Of a stretch of 64,000 bases of DNA, positions 1-16,411 are shown one piece after another (the first letter of the stretch is position 1; the number at the start of each line of letters is the position of its first letter). The stretch is from the NCBI RefSeq assembly GCF_009914755.1, contig NC_060934.1, one strand, 5' to 3'. This stretch comes from the human T2T-CHM13v2.0 reference genome, Homo sapiens. The notes under the pieces were generated by a model. It saw nothing but the letters and a program-made list of their open reading frames with translations, did not search any database and was not told the DNA's origin. A program made the translations under genes and the position numbers.

Positions 1-177
1 AAAGATTTTCTAACTGGCAATTGGTTGAAAGAGTTATTATCAATAAAAAGGAATGTCTGGGTTAAGATAACGAGTTATGGAGATCAAGGTTTTATCATGC
101 AGAGGAAGCCTTCAGGTAGCAAGCTTCAGAGAGAATAGATTATAAATGTTTCTTATCAGATTTAAAGAGTCTGTTCT

Positions 178-799
<622 letters not shown>

Positions 800-1158
800 T
801 AGTCTTTTAAGCATAAAATCCTGTCATAAACATCTTAAGAAATCTTATCTTCACTTTGCTGTGTTTCAGTGAAAGGGGAGATTATCCACTCATTCACTTA
901 GAGACATTTGCATGGTGTCTACTGTGGGCAAGGTTCTAACATACATGTACAGTGTTGCAATGAAGAACAGGAAAGCTTCAACCTTCTGACCTCAGGGGTG
1001 GGACTGAAGTAATGAGCAGATGCCAGTGTGGTCTTTGCCTGGGAAATGTCAGTGAGGGCCAGAGGGTAAGCTAGTACTCTACCCTTCAGACCACTCCACA
1101 ACTCATCTCCCACCTAGTCAATTTTCTGTGGCTCTAGACGACAGAATCCTGGTTATGA

Positions 1159-1536
<378 letters not shown>

Positions 1537-1764
1537 TAAGTGCACATTACAATATTAACTTATAGGCATAATGTTGCACAGCAGATCTCTAGAACTTACT
1601 CATCTTGCAAAACTGAACATTTATACCTGTTAAACAACACCTTCCGCTTTCTACCCCAAACCCTGCCAACCACCATGCTACTCTCTGCTTCTATGAGTTT
1701 GACTATTTTAGATTCCTTATATAAGCAGAATCATACAGTATTTGCCCTTCGGTGCCTGGCTTAT

Positions 1765-2128
1765 TGTATTAGTTTGTTCTCACACTGCTAATAAACACAT
1801 ACCCAAGACTGGATAATTTATAAAGGAAAGAGATTTAATGGACTCACAGTTCCACATGGCTGGGGAGGCCTCATAATCGTGGCAGAAGGCAAATGAAGAG
1901 CAAAGTCACGTCTTACATGGCAGCAGGCAAGAGGGCATGTGCAGGGGAACTCCCCTTTATGAAACCATCAGACCTCATGAGACTTATTCACTATCTTGAC
2001 AGCAGCATGGAAAAGACCCACCCCCATGATTCAATTACCTCTTACCAGGTCCCTCCCATGACACATGGGAACTATGGGACCTACAATTGAAGATGAGGTT
2101 TGGGTGGGGACACAGCCAAACCATATGA
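1765..2128 (-). mobile_element. THE1 solo LTR
   Basis: TGTATTAGT...CCAAACCATAT; TSD CTTAT/CTGAT. Confidence 0.9.
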
Positions 2129-2743
2129 CTGATTTCTCTTAGCATAACATCCTCCCAGTTCATATTGTTGCATATGGCAAGATTTTCGCCTTTTTTAATG
2201 CTGGGTAATATTCCACTGTGTGCATAGACCACATTTTCCTTGCCCATTCATCTCCTGAGGGACATTTAGGTTGTTTCTGTATCTTAGCTATTGTGAATAG
2301 TGCTTCAGTGAACATGGGAGTAAAGCTATCACTTCAAGATCTTGACTTCAATTCTTTGAGATATATACCCAAAAATAGGACTACCAAAAAACAGTACGGT
2401 TGTTCCTCAAAAATTAAAAGTAGAATTATCATATGATCCGGCAATCCTGGTTGTTCTTTTGCCATAATATTTAAAGATGTATGTAAGGAGATAAAGGCAA
2501 ATAATTCAGATTCATACACTTAAGAGTTGGAAGGAACTTCAAACGTTGTATGTCAAATGTTAAAATAAATGTTAAATGTTAAAATTGATGTTAAAATAGA
2601 TAAGAAAATACCTGTTCAAATATTAAAGTAAATGAGGAAATGCCTGTATATTTATGTATAAATACACACACACACCCCCACACACACTCACAGCCAGTTC
2701 TTTTGATCCCAAATAAGCCCTTTCTCTATTGCTACTATAATAA

Positions 2744-3067
<324 letters not shown>

Positions 3068-3357
3068 TAGTTTGAATAGTTCTGGTTGGAACTAGCCTGA
3101 AGGCAGAGAGGGAGGAAAAAGTTCCTAGAAAGAGGAAACTGAGAAGTTAACTTACAGAGGCCTGGGGGCATGTGGCTCATTCAGGAAAAGGAAAATGATT
3201 TCAGAGGTCGTGGAGCGTAAGTCCTGAGAGGGTTGCAGGTGGGAGGGAGAGTGAAGCAATTTCACAAGGGGCTTTACATGCTGTGTTAAGGGAGTTTGGA
3301 TTTGATTCAGTAGCAGGTTTTTGAGCAGAAGAGTAACTTTATTAGAGCTGTGGTTTA

Positions 3358-3805
3358 TACATGGAATCAACCTAGGTGCCCATCAACAGTGGATTGATAA
3401 AGAAAATGTGGTACATATACACCATGGAACACTATGCAGCCATAAGAAAGAATGAAATCACATCCTTTGCAACCACATGGATGCAGCGGAAGGTCATTGT
3501 CCTAAACAAACTAATGCAAGAACAGAAAACCAAATATGTTTTCACTTATAAGTGGGAGCTAAACATTGAGTGCTCGTGGACATAAACATAGGAACAATAG
3601 ACACACTGGGGACCACTAGAGCGTCCAGGGAGGAGGGCAAGGGTTGAACAGCTACCTGTTGGGTACTATGCTCACTACTTGGGTGATGGGACCATCCACA
3701 CCCCAAACCTCAGCATCCCACAATACACCCATGTAACAAACCTGTGCATATGTAGCCCCTGAATCTAAAATAAAAAAAGTTGAAATTATTTGAAAATTAA
3801 AAACA
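3358..3805 (+). mobile_element. L1PB/L1MA 3' end
   Basis: ORF2 tail IKKMWYIYTMEHYAAI plus 3'UTR. Confidence 0.9.
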
Positions 3806-3959
3806 TATGCTTGTCAAAAGTTTTTTGTTTTTGTTTGTTTGTTTGTTTGTTTTTTAAATGAACTGTGTTTTACAATTAAACTTAGAGAAGAGAGAAGAGC
3901 GGAGGGTTGGGGGTTGGCTGAAAAATGGTAGCTCAATTCTGTTATTCACATGTTACCTG

Positions 3960-4110
3960 TGATAATAATAGTTAGCATTGATTGAATGTGCTAAGAGCTT
4001 TGCATACATTAGCTCACTTAATTGTCACAACATTCCTGCAGGCTAGGAGCTTTTATTATTTTTACTTTACAGATCAGGAAATGAGTTTGAAAGCTTGAGT
4101 TACTTGCTAG
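3960..4110 (-). mobile_element. MIR
   Basis: Degenerate core TTTTACAGAT-AGGAAA. Confidence 0.6.
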
Positions 4111-4384
4111 AAAGAGGCAGGTTGTAGGAACATCTAGGTCACTTTTATTCCTAAATGCACCCTCTTCACTGAGCTGCTGTCCTGCCCTGTATTACTAAAT
4201 CCAGTTGGCAATGATTTCTTTGAGACAGGTATGCATGAGAGAGGTGAAAATAATTTTTCAACATCCCTATAATGGCAGATATCTAAAAAGGTGAAAAGAA
4301 GACAAAGGCAGAGATTGACTGTGCTGTCACCAGCCTTGCAACTGTGACATTCAATCCCTAAGGGGCTCCTTTCTCTCTGTCTGT

Positions 4385-4662
4385 TTTCTTTTCTTTCTTT
4401 CTTTTTTTTTTTTTTGAGATGGAGTATTGCTCTCTTGCTCACTGCAACCTCTGCTTCCTGGGTTCAAGTGATCCTCCTGCCTCAGCCTCCCGAGTAGCTG
4501 GGATTACAGACACGTGCCACCACACCCAGCTAATTTTTGTATTTTTAGTAGAGACACGGTTTCACCATGTTGGCCAGCCTGGTCTCGAACTCCTGACCTC
4601 AGATGATTCATCTGCCTCGGCCTCCCAAAGTGCTGGAATTACAGGTGTGAACCACAAACCCA
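4385..4662 (-). mobile_element. AluS with an internal deletion
   Basis: Alu consensus match. Confidence 0.9.
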
Positions 4663-5182
4663 ACCCTTTCTGCCTATTTTCTAGTCCAAATCCTCAGTTT
4701 TTGTTTGCATGTACTGAAATAATGCAACATAATTTTCATATTAGTTTCAGAAAATTAAGAATCAGAAAAATAAGGCTATTGTAAAATAATTCACATAATG
4801 CTTGTCAAAGCCTACTGCCAATGTGTTATTTTTTATCATCTGCTATGATAAATTAGCATTGACATTAATTGACACGACTGCTTTTGATAAGTGTAAAACA
4901 TCAAAAGCTGATTTTACAATTTATGTGTAAAGATCTAAAATGGTGATTTTGCATCCTATATTCTGAATTGGTTAAGACCCAGCATTAATGTAACTCTGCT
5001 AACTCTTCCAAGCATTTATTTCCTAGTGATCACGTCTAGGAAGGAACACAGCACTCCCTTCAGGATAAAATATCTTCAAGTACTAAGACCCCAACCAATA
5101 TTTGTTCCTTCACAATTCCAGAGCCATAGAACCACGGTTATAGATTATGCTTTAGACATCATTTATTATTTTAAAGAGATGC

Positions 5183-5480
<298 letters not shown>

Positions 5481-5580
5481 AGTACAACGCAAAAAGGCAG
5501 ATGTGTCCCTGTAGAACTTTGTCACTGTGAAGCCTAGAGTAGCACAGAAGATTAGTTTGGATGAACGTTGTAGTGCTTTG

Positions 5581-5843
5581 TCACCCAGGCTGGAGTGCAG
5601 TGGCACTATCTCGGCTTACCGCAACCTCTGCCTCCTGGGTTCAAGCGATTCTGCTGCCTCAGCCTCCTGAGTAGCTGGGGTTACAGGTGCATGCTACTAT
5701 GCCCAGCTAATTTTTGTATTTTTAGTAGAGACAGAGTTTCACCATGTTGGCCAGGCTGGTCTTGAACTCCTGACCTCAGGTGATCTGCCCACCTCAGCCT
5801 CCTAAAGTGCTGGGATTACAGGAGTGAGCCACCATGCCTGGCC
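5581..5843 (-). mobile_element. AluS lacking its poly-A tail
   Basis: Flanked by CGTTGTAGT(G/T)CTTTG repeats. Confidence 0.9.
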
Positions 5844-6163
5844 CGTTGTAGTTCTTTGAGCTTAAATGCTTTGCAAAGTGCCCATTTCCCCATTTGATTT
5901 CTCAATTATTATCCTCCTGGCTGGGCATGCCAAGAAGAAGGCTGCCAGCTCAAATGTAGGGAGACCACGGCTGGGTGCAGGCAGCCCTGCATGCCTGTCC
6001 TCACAGCACTGCTTTCTGTGCATTTCTCTTCTGTTGTCACTTACTGTCCCATGGCAGTCCTGATTCTTTATTAACACTGGAGAATTGGGACAGAGCCTTG
6101 CACATCCCTCCCCATGGGACTGTTGATGAGTTTTCAGTGGGCTTACACAAATACTCATTTGAT

Positions 6164-6795
6164 TGTCAGAGATGTTTAAACCAGAGCGACTCCATCTTGA
6201 ATAGGGGCTAGGTAAAATAAGGCTGGGACCTACTCGGCTGCATTTCCAGTAGGTTAGGCACTGTAAGTCACAGGATGAGATAGGAGGTCACATGATACAG
6301 GTCACAAAGACCTTGCTGATAAAACAGCATGAGGTAAAGAAGCTAGCCAGAACCCGCCAAAACCAAGATGGCGATGAAAGGGATCTCTCGTCATCCTTGC
6401 TGCTCATTATATGCTAATTATACTGCATTGGCATGCTAGAAGACACTCCCACCAGTGCCATGACAGTTTTCAGATGCAATGGCAATATCCAGAAGTTACC
6501 CTATATGATCTAAAAAGGGGAGGACACTTCAGTTCTGGAAATTGCCCACCCCTTTCCTGGAAAACTCATGAATAATCCACCCTTTGTTTAGCAAATAATC
6601 AAGAGGTAACGATAAGTACAATCAGTTGAGCAGCCGTCGCCACTGCTCTGCCTATGAAGTAGCCATTCTTTTGTTTCTTTACTTCTTTAATAAACTTGCT
6701 TTCACTTTACTCTATGGACTCGCCCTGAAGTCTTCCTTGCATGAGGTCCAAGAACCCTCTCTTGGGGTCTGGATTGGGACCCCTTTCAAGTAACA
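6164..6795 (+). mobile_element. MER41 (B-like) solo LTR
   Basis: TGTCAGAG...GACTCCATCTTGAATAGG...TAACA; 632 bp; TSD TGAT. Confidence 0.85.
6554..6562. promoter_or_regulatory. GAS (STAT) motif TTCCTGGAA in MER41
   Basis: Exact TTCNNNGAA at the known MER41B tandem-GAS position. Confidence 0.5.
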
Positions 6796-7073
6796 TGATG
6801 AGGTATCTAAATTAATGCATGATTGAATGAAATCGGAAAACACATTATCCAAGGAAGTCAATCCTGAAGCCCCATCATTTCAGAATTAAGATGAAACTTA
6901 CTTCCTTTTCAATTGCCTAAAGAACAGCTACCTTAAAACTTAAAAAAAAATGGCCATAGTGTCTAATAAAATATGCACCCCTATCCTGGAATGCCCCTTT
7001 TCTGTCTAGGATACCTTAGTCAGTAGGTTATGTTCCAGAAATATGTCAGGAGCCCTATCTTAAGAATGATGGT

Positions 7074-7368
<295 letters not shown>

Positions 7369-7617
7369 GAGTGATGGCGTTATCAGGGGTGGTTGTCATG
7401 GTGTCAGGAAAGTGAACTTGGCTCTCCAAGGCTTTCTCTTTATTCAAGCTCAGAATTGCAGAGGGATAGGCATCCACATAGCCTTGAGTTTGGGAACACT
7501 GCTTTGCAATGGGGCGACGAGAATTTTATCAGAAAGATTGCAGGAACAGAACCACAGTACACACTCAGGGTGAGGGGCTTATAAGGAGAAGATATCCCAT
7601 CGTTCATTGTTCATTGT

Positions 7618-7855
7618 TCATTCATTGAAGATATCCCAACATTTAGTTGTCACACATGAGCAGCCTGGCAGTATCCAAAGCCAGAAAGAAATGATGGCAG
7701 TGATCATCCCCTCACTAGAGTTTTCACTAAGTCCGTGGGAGGAGATTTCAGCCACTACATGCTTCTTCTTTAAGTCAGAATTCTCCAGCCTAGCTAACAA
7801 ATGCCTTCTTCGTAAACTTACATTTCAGCCTACACACCCATGGAAGAGAAAATCC
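7618..7855 (-). pseudogene. Candidate last coding exon, phase 2
   Basis: CTTATATTTCACAG| after a 70-nt intron; (M)DFLFHGCVG* with TGA at 7825-7827; the frame then stays open to 7618. Confidence 0.45.
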
Positions 7856-7925
7856 CTGTGAAATATAAGGGCCCCTTCTACGTGCTCAAGATTAAAAAAA
7901 AAAAAAAGGAAAAAGTAGCTCTCAC

Positions 7926-8056
7926 ATGCTTTTGGCAAGTTTTTGTAAGTACGTTGCACAGTGAACATTTAAAGAGTAGACTTTTCTCTGTCCTGAATCT
8001 GTAGGAGGTGGAGCTTGGAGTCCTTGGCCCAACTTGCTGGTTGAAACAACGGGAGC
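7926..8056 (-). pseudogene. Fossil exon, 131 nt, phase 0-2
   Basis: CCCTCTGTCTCCAACTCAG| ... CAT|GTGAGA; open APVVSTSKLGQG...YLQKLAKS. Confidence 0.55.
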
Positions 8057-8783
8057 CTGAGTTGGAGACAGAGGGCCACAGAGCTGCTCTCCGCTGCACG
8101 CCCTGGCACCCAGCATCTTCCCTCGTCCTCAGGCTGCCCCTCCCCAGCCCTCATGCTTGGTTATCTTGATAATCTGTCTGTGTGCATTGAGGCCATTCTG
8201 TCCACTTCTCAACCAAGCAGGGAGACTACGACTGGCGGAGCGGAATTGGCCTTGATGGGACAAAGAAGCCACAGTAGATTCTTGAGGCTGCCTGTACCAG
8301 GGGCATCATCACAGACTCTCTGAAATGCATGTCTAGGCTTGGTTCATTAAGGACCTTTCACTCTCTTGTTTTCTTCTCAAATAGAAAGCAAGCCTTCCCT
8401 TTTTCCTACTCCTAATGTCCCTATCTAGTTAATGGTGCCACCATTTCCCCAGACTTCCAAGTTCAAAACTTGAAGTTATCTTTGATGGATGCCTGTGGCC
8501 CTGTCTTCAGCTCAAGCCCCTGTTGTTTCAACCAGCCAGTCACCCAATCTTGTTGCTTTTTTTTCCTTCCGTGTCTCTCTCCTGTCTGTCCCTGTCACTC
8601 TGCTCTCCTTGTGGCTTCTGAGTTCTGGTTCTCACTATCTCAAACCTTGATTATCCAAATAATTGTTTTGCTGCTCCAGCCTCCATCCCCACAATCCAAG
8701 GGTTGGGTGGATGGTGGAAGGATACTATGATTTGCCATGGCAGCATCGGCGGGATGTGGGGAGGATAAATAATATGGTATAGG

Positions 8784-10186
8784 CCCCCGATGTATGGACT
8801 CCCTGATATATGGACTTCTTGATATATGGGCCCCTTGATGTATGGACCTGCTGATGTATGAACCACCTGATGTATGGACCAGCTGATGTGTGGACCCCCT
8901 GGTGTATGAACTAGCTGATCTAGAGACCAGCAGATGTATGGACCAGTTGATATATGGACCAGCTGATATGTAGACCCCCCTATGTATGGACCAGCTCATG
9001 TATGGACCCCCTGATATATGGGCCAGCTGATATATGGACCCCTGATGTATGTATGGACCACTGATGTGTGAAGCTCCTGATATATGACCCCCCAATATAT
9101 GGACCAATTGATGTATAAACCCATGGATGTATGGACTCACTTATGTATCGACCAGATGATGTATAGACTCCCCGCTGATGTATAGACCAGCTGATGTGTG
9201 CAGCTGATGTATGGACCCGCTGATGTATGGACCTGCTGATGTATGGACCATTGATGTATGGTCCAGCTGATGTGTGAACCTCCTGATGTATGGACCCCTG
9301 AGGTATGGGCCAGCTGATGTATAGACCAGCTGATGTATGGACTCATTGATGTATTGGCTCACTGATGCATGGACCAGATGATGTATGGACTCCCTGATAT
9401 ATGAGCCAGCTGATGTATAGACCAGCTGATGTGTGGACCAGCTGGTGTATGGACCGGCTAATGTATGGACCTGTTGGTGTATGGACCCCTGATGTATGGA
9501 CCAGCTGATGTGTGAACCTCCTGATGTATGCCCTCCCCGATATATGGACTAGCTGATGTATAGGACAGCTGATGTATGGACCCGCTGATGTATAGGCCAG
9601 TTGACATATGGACGCACTGATGTATGGACCAGCTGATGTGTGAACCTCCTGATGTATGCCTCCTCTGATATAGGAACCAGCTGATGTATGGGCCAGGTGA
9701 TGTATGGACCCCTGATATATGGAGCAGCTGATGTATGGACCCCTGGTATATAGACCACTGATGTGTGAACCTCCTGATGAGTGACCCACCAATATATGGA
9801 CCAGTTGATGTATGGACCCACTGATGTATGGACCAGCTGATGTATGCACCCACTCAGGTATGCACTAACAGATATATGGGCCAGCTGATGTATAGACCCC
9901 AATGTATAGACCAGCTGATGTGTGAACATCCTGATGTATGCCTCTCTCCCAACCTGATATATGGACTGGTTGATGTATGGACCCCCTGATGTATGGACCA
10001 GCTAATGTATGCACCCACTTAGGTATGGACTAACTGATGTATGGGGCAGCTGATGTATAGACCCCTGATGTATAGACCAGCTAATGGGTGAACATGCTGA
10101 TGTATGCCTCTACCCCCGACCTGATATATGGACTGGTTGATGTATGGACCCCTGATGTATGGGCCTGCTGATGTTTGGACCAGCTG
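8784..10186. repeat. Degenerate 15/16-bp minisatellite (GATGTATGGACCAGCT and variants)
   Basis: About 90 directly visible units over 1.4 kb. Confidence 0.97.
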
Positions 10187-10198
10187 TGGCTCTCCACT

Positions 10199-10392
10199 CA
10201 CTCTGGACCTTCCACCCTGTTCCTCACCTGTACACTGTTCCTCCTGGCCATTTGAGTGCCTGACAGCCCTTCGGGACCCAGCCCAGGGGTTACTTCTTCT
10301 TGGGTGCATTTTCTTCAAAAAAATTTTTTTTAGAGATGGGGTCTTGCTATGTTGCCCAGACTGGTCTCTAACTCCTGGCCTCAAGCAATCCT
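10199..10392 (+). repeat. Local duplication copy A
   Basis: About 80% identical by eye to 12787-12982, including an Alu fragment. Confidence 0.9.
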
Positions 10393-10704
10393 GTCCCACC
10401 ATTGACCCATCTGAAGATTGGAGAGACCTTAGGCCCAGGGCTGGGGAATAACCATAATTTGCTCTTCAATTATTCTGCAAATACATATTGAGTTCCCACA
10501 GTGATGAACACAGTCCTAAGTACTGAGATGCAATAGTAGACAGAATCTCTGTCTTCATGAGGCTTTCATAGTCCTAGGAGGAGATACGTTACGTTTTATT
10601 TATTCATTTAAATAAGTAAAAATGTGATGTGACATGACATGATAAATCATAAAGCTATGTATAAAGAAAAATAAAGCCAGATAAAGGAAATACAAAGTGA
10701 ATGA

Positions 10705-12152
<1,448 letters not shown>

Positions 12153-12164
12153 TAAGGAGAGTCA

Positions 12165-12726
<562 letters not shown>

Positions 12727-12786
12727 TCACCTAGCACTTCCTTTTTACCTCTCATCAGGGCATGCACTGTTGCACTGTCTCCCAGA

Positions 12787-12982
12787 CACCCTGGACCCTT
12801 CCAACCTGTTCCTCACCTGCACACTGCTCCTCCTGGCCATTTGAATACTTGAACACCCTTTGGCACCCTGCCCAGGGACCACTTCTTCTTAGGTGCATTT
12901 TCCTTTAAAAATAATTTTTTTAATAGATGGATCTTGCTATGTTGCCCAGGATGGTCTTGATCTCCTATCCTCAAATGATTCT
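12787..12982 (+). repeat. Local duplication copy B
   Basis: Colinear with 10199-10392. Confidence 0.9.
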
Positions 12983-13213
12983 CCAGCCTCAGCCTCGTAA
13001 AGGTTGGGTGCATTAAAGATTTGAGCATTGTGTCTACGACTCGTCAGCATTATGACACTGGGCACTTAGCCCCCTCTGTAAGTTTCTCTTTCTTCATATG
13101 TAAAATAAGGGCTATTGAGAGAATAAAATAAGATGATCGCAAAGTGGTTGACTTAGTTCCCCGTGCACAATGGGCTCTCCTGAATGGTAGCTCTATGGCC
13201 ACTTCAACCTCAC

Positions 13214-13361
13214 CCGTAATCTGAAGCTTGAAATTTGGCACTTCATTTTGTGCTGTTGATAATGTTTTGTAATTATTTGATAAATGTGGGTGGGAGATAC
13301 AGGATAAACACCAAGGGTGATATTTATCTTCTTTGAAACTGTCTTCCCCCAACCCTGGTAA
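13214..13361 (-). pseudogene. Fossil exon, 148 nt, phase 2-0
   Basis: CAAATAG| ... CGG|GTGAGG; open YQGWGKTVSKKINITLGVYP...SSFRLR. Confidence 0.55.
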
Positions 13362-13851
13362 CTATTTGATGCAGAGCATATATAATGCACATGAATAAAT
13401 GTTTGACTGACAACTGATTGATTGATTTGGCTTTATCATCAAGTAGGTAGGAAATTTTCTTCAAATGCAACTGCAAAGGACAAATAATAATGTCTCAGGA
13501 GAGTTATGGATTGGCAAACTAGAAAATACCTGGTCCAGCCACAATGAGATATATTGAAAGCTTTCATAGGCACAGATGTTTGCCAAAAAACACAAAACAG
13601 CACAATTAAAAAAAAAAAAAAAAAACCAGGAGGTGTGGTGGCAGGTTTTTCAGAAAAATGACTCATTCTGTAAATGAACTGTTCTTTTAGTTCAGGAGAC
13701 CATAGTTACTGGTATTTGAAGAAAATGTTAACACATTTTGCGCTAGATTTAAGACAAGTCTCTAATGATGTATCACTTAGAAAGTCATGAGTTTAAAAAA
13801 TATGAAAATATGAGATAATAGAACTGTATTTCACAAAAATTTTAAAGCCGA

Positions 13852-13885
<34 letters not shown>

Positions 13886-13916
13886 GATAGATACATAATA
13901 GATGATAGATAGATAG
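13852..13916. repeat. (GATA)n microsatellite
   Basis: Directly visible. Confidence 0.95.
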
Positions 13917-14395
13917 AAATATAAACAGATAAAAACAGTGGCACCTGATTACTTGAAGAGCAGCCACAAGGAAGGAGAACCAGTTTAGTTTTATTCAATA
14001 AGAACATATGATGCTAAGATAGTGCTGGGAACCGCTTCTGTATGAGCTGGTCACGTGACCAACCTCAGAGCCACTGCCCCAGACAGTGAATAAGACCAAC
14101 CGACTGTTTTCTACCTTTGTAATCTATATACAACCAAATGCGATGCGGCGACTCCAACGAAGCATCTCTCTTTCTCAAACACCCAGCGCTTTCTCCACAA
14201 ACAGAGAATTGATTCTGCAGCTCTCTCTCCAGGAGATCCTTGTTTTATCACTTTATTCCCCTTTCAGAGAAACTGTCACAAGCCCTGTTCACCAGCACAA
14301 AGCTAGAAAGCAGCTGCCGTTTTTCAGTGATTACCGGCCCTATTTTCTTAATCATCCTTTCAACAAAACAATGGAAAAGGGAAGAAAATATTTAC

Positions 14396-14521
14396 CTGAG
14401 GAAATCCCTGATTTCTTCATGAGCGTCTAAAGAATTGAATTTTTCAAAAGCCCCTCGGATGCTCTGCTGAGAATTTCCTAAATCTAAAATCCTCCTCCGA
14501 TAGCAGCTCTAAGTTTGAGCT
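14396..14521 (-). pseudogene. Fossil exon, 126 nt, phase 2-2
   Basis: CTCTATTCAG| ... CAG|GTAAAT; AQT*SCYRRRILDLGNSQQSIRGAFEKFNSLDAHEEIRDFL. Confidence 0.55.
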
Positions 14522-15035
14522 CTGAATAGAGGCTGTGTGTTATTTTAACCACAAGGTTTCTAGTCAGTAGGGAGGAGAGATGGAAATGAGGTATGCTGGC
14601 AAACACAGCCCCCATCCACCTCAAGTGAATCAAGCTCACAGATCTGATGTAAGAGGTTCGAGGAGATTTGAAGAACCCTCAAACCAACTTTTCCTAAACT
14701 AGAGATTAAATAACTGCGGAAAATTCCGAAGGAGTAAGATAAGACACTTATGGTCTTTTCTAAAAAAAGACGTGTTGGTATGCCCTGTCAAATACTGTCC
14801 CAAAAGAAGCTTGGTACCGAGCCTATGTGGTCCTGGGCTTTGGACAAGAGAAAGTTACCTTTCTCGTGCTAGCCTTTCTCCACAGAGAAAGGGGGTTAAA
14901 AGTACAAAATAACAAAGGAGTGTGACTGACCAAGTCAAATCTTTTGTGCAAAAACAAAACCAGTGTCATGAGAATCCATAGGAAGTTGTAGGGTAAGGGA
15001 ATAGCTATTCTGGAATGTTATTAAGGGAGGATTAA

Positions 15036-15061
15036 TGTGTGTGTGTGTGTGTGTGTGTGTG
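15036..15061. repeat. (TG)n microsatellite
   Basis: Directly visible. Confidence 0.95.
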
Positions 15062-15113
15062 CACGCACGCGTGCTCCCCACCTCCCACACAACTTAAAAA
15101 GCAAAGATCCAAC

Positions 15114-15319
15114 CTCAGCTTCAACCAGTTGGAGATCCTCCTCCTTAGTATTTTGGCAAATACAAATGCCGCCTTTGGACTTGGAAGAGAATGATTTATG
15201 GCACACAGAATCAACAGCAAAAATGAGGGCGGCTGAAAGGGCCAACGATCCTTTACAGCCAGCCCTTTGCAGATGCCAGAGGGGTTTAACTCCACTTTTG
15301 GAAAAAGGCAACAGTGCTC
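15114..15319 (-). pseudogene. Fossil exon, 206 nt, phase 0-2
   Basis: CTTAATAG| ... GAG|GTTGGA; open EHCCLFPKVELNPSG...RRISNWLKL. Confidence 0.55.
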
Positions 15320-15763
15320 CTATTAAGCAGGGTCATAACTCAGTTTTATATAGAGTCTTTTATCTCAAAGGAGCTTGAGGTGCTTTTGCACCAAAATATA
15401 AATTATCATGTGCACTGTCACCTCGGGGACGAAATGCAGCCCTGCCTAGGAGCAGTTGGCCAAGATGCAACCAGTCAGTTTGGAGCCACGGTTAGACAGC
15501 AGGACACGCGGCCAGGAGGCACTCCTCAAGGAGGAATGAGTGGGCCTGTCCTTCTCTCTGGTAGCAGATCCTTTTCTTCACACAGCTCAGTGGGACCTCT
15601 TCATTCTGCCCATCACTTCTCTTCCAGAGTCGCCCTATGCCCTCCCACAGAGGACTCTTTCCATCCTACCTACACACACAAATTCAAAATGTGCACTTAG
15701 AAAAGAGCTGGCAAACAAAGTGGTAGGCGATGGTTTGCAAATTTGATTCCGTAGATCAAGAGT

Positions 15764-16287
<524 letters not shown>

Positions 16288-16411
16288 ACAGAGGGTTTTT
16301 TGTTTTGTTTTGCATGATTTTTATTTTTAAATGGGTGGAAGAAAGGAATAAGCAGGTTTTTTTTTTTCAATAATTCCTAAAGATCATACTATGGAGAGAA
16401 CATCTACTTAC

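Noticed and set aside
8784-10186. CRISPR-like array
   Set aside because: The units are contiguous with no unique spacers, there are no cas genes, and the context is primate.
8640-10402. Long HTSAGPYIS-type ORFs as a repetitive protein
   Set aside because: They are translations of a 15/16-bp repeat that appear in all three minus frames, with no frame preservation.
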